A stretch of 64,000 nucleotides of DNA, taken from NCBI GenBank assembly GCA_050084985.1, contig JBITNC010000001.1:49910001-49974000 (forward strand). The letters are read 5' to 3'. Origin of the DNA: Nageia nagi. Its lineage: Eukaryota > Plantae > Pinophyta. How positions within the stretch are numbered: the first letter of the stretch is position 1; every line of letters begins with the position of its first letter. The notes beneath the pieces are model-generated. The model did not search any database. It had not been told where the DNA came from and saw only the letters and a program-made list of their open reading frames with translations. Shown piece by piece: positions 63,170 through 64,000 of this stretch. The position numbers and the translations under genes were made by a program.

Positions 63170-64000
63170 GAAAGGTATTGAGGTGGATAATATTGGTGGG
63201 ATACTTATCTATTTTTCCTTAATGGTATACAATTTGCAAGCTCCCTTACCATACTTAACTGCAATAATGAAATGTCCAATCCAATTGGGCTCAAAATCAC
63301 CCAGCCTATCCTATTTTTTTGCCTTTATTTTATGATATAATTCTCTTTAAGGATAAAATATCCAACCTTTAACTCCTTAGGATTGATATTCTTTTTGTAG
63401 GCTATTATAATAATTTTTTAATAGACTATGAGATGCTCCAAAGCATTTCCTCTTTTCTCATCAAGAGCTTCTAACTACCTTAGCTTTGCTACTCTTTTGT
63501 CTTCTTCATCAATGATTAATTCCTTATAGATAAATATTTAGGGACGAGATTTATAACTCCAAAGGAAGCAAAAAGTTATCACCACATATAAGAGAGTAAA
63601 GACTACAACCTATACTTGATCTTATATTTTTCCAATATGTCTACAAAGCATATGATAACTACTCATGCCAATCCTTATCATCCTTGATAAGTTTCTTGAA
63701 CCTTAATAGTTACATTTTATTAGTTTTTTCATTATAACCATTACCTTATGGATAATATGGGGAAGATAACTTTTATTCAAATTAGAATAATTTATAAAAG
63801 TATTTCACCACTTTATCTCTGAGGTATGAATCATTATCCATGAAGATTTTTTATGAAACTTCAAATCTAGCTATGATGTGATCAATTAGAAACTTGATAA
63901 TTAGGGGACCTTTTGAAGATATTAGAGGAGCTTCTTCCACCCAATTTATGAAGTACTCACTGGCTTGGATAATGAAATTATTGAAGAATTTGAGATATCA
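63170..64000 (-). mobile_element. Tat-type gypsy integrase remnant (runs off the window)
   Basis: EYFINWVEEAPL; KDWHE*LSYAL*TY...LLPLEL; GDFEPNWIGHFII. Confidence 0.75.

Overview
AT-rich, CpG-depleted land-plant nuclear DNA, most likely a conifer/gymnosperm (inferred from repeat and PPR motif style). One intact gene is visible: a 5-exon, 439-aa plant-specific protein of unknown function (LDDGELWLP...GGTGVFLP...LPQEWTY family) on the minus strand at 52616-55197, with a CpG-retaining upstream region. The rest is layered repeat and gene debris. (1) An old ~1.4-kb segmental duplication (1-1390 vs 14060-15060 + 24640-24925) whose second copy is split by a 9.6-kb insert carrying a decayed SWIM/MULE-like transposase and PPR fragments. 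(2) A divergent U1 snRNA copy with its USE/TATA/3'-box at 4969. (3) A PPR-DYW pseudogene. (4) A Ty1/copia element with both LTRs (27532-38655, TSD GGTTT) that lacks the RT C-terminus and RNase H. It hosts a younger related non-autonomous LTR element (31748-36120, TSD CATTC), which itself contains the RNase H end, PPT and probable 3' LTR of a third copia family. (5) Tat/Ogre gypsy, LINE and SINE remnants and a ~1-kb tandem triplication. All calls come from reading the sequence by eye; mismatch counts are manual and no database searches were run.
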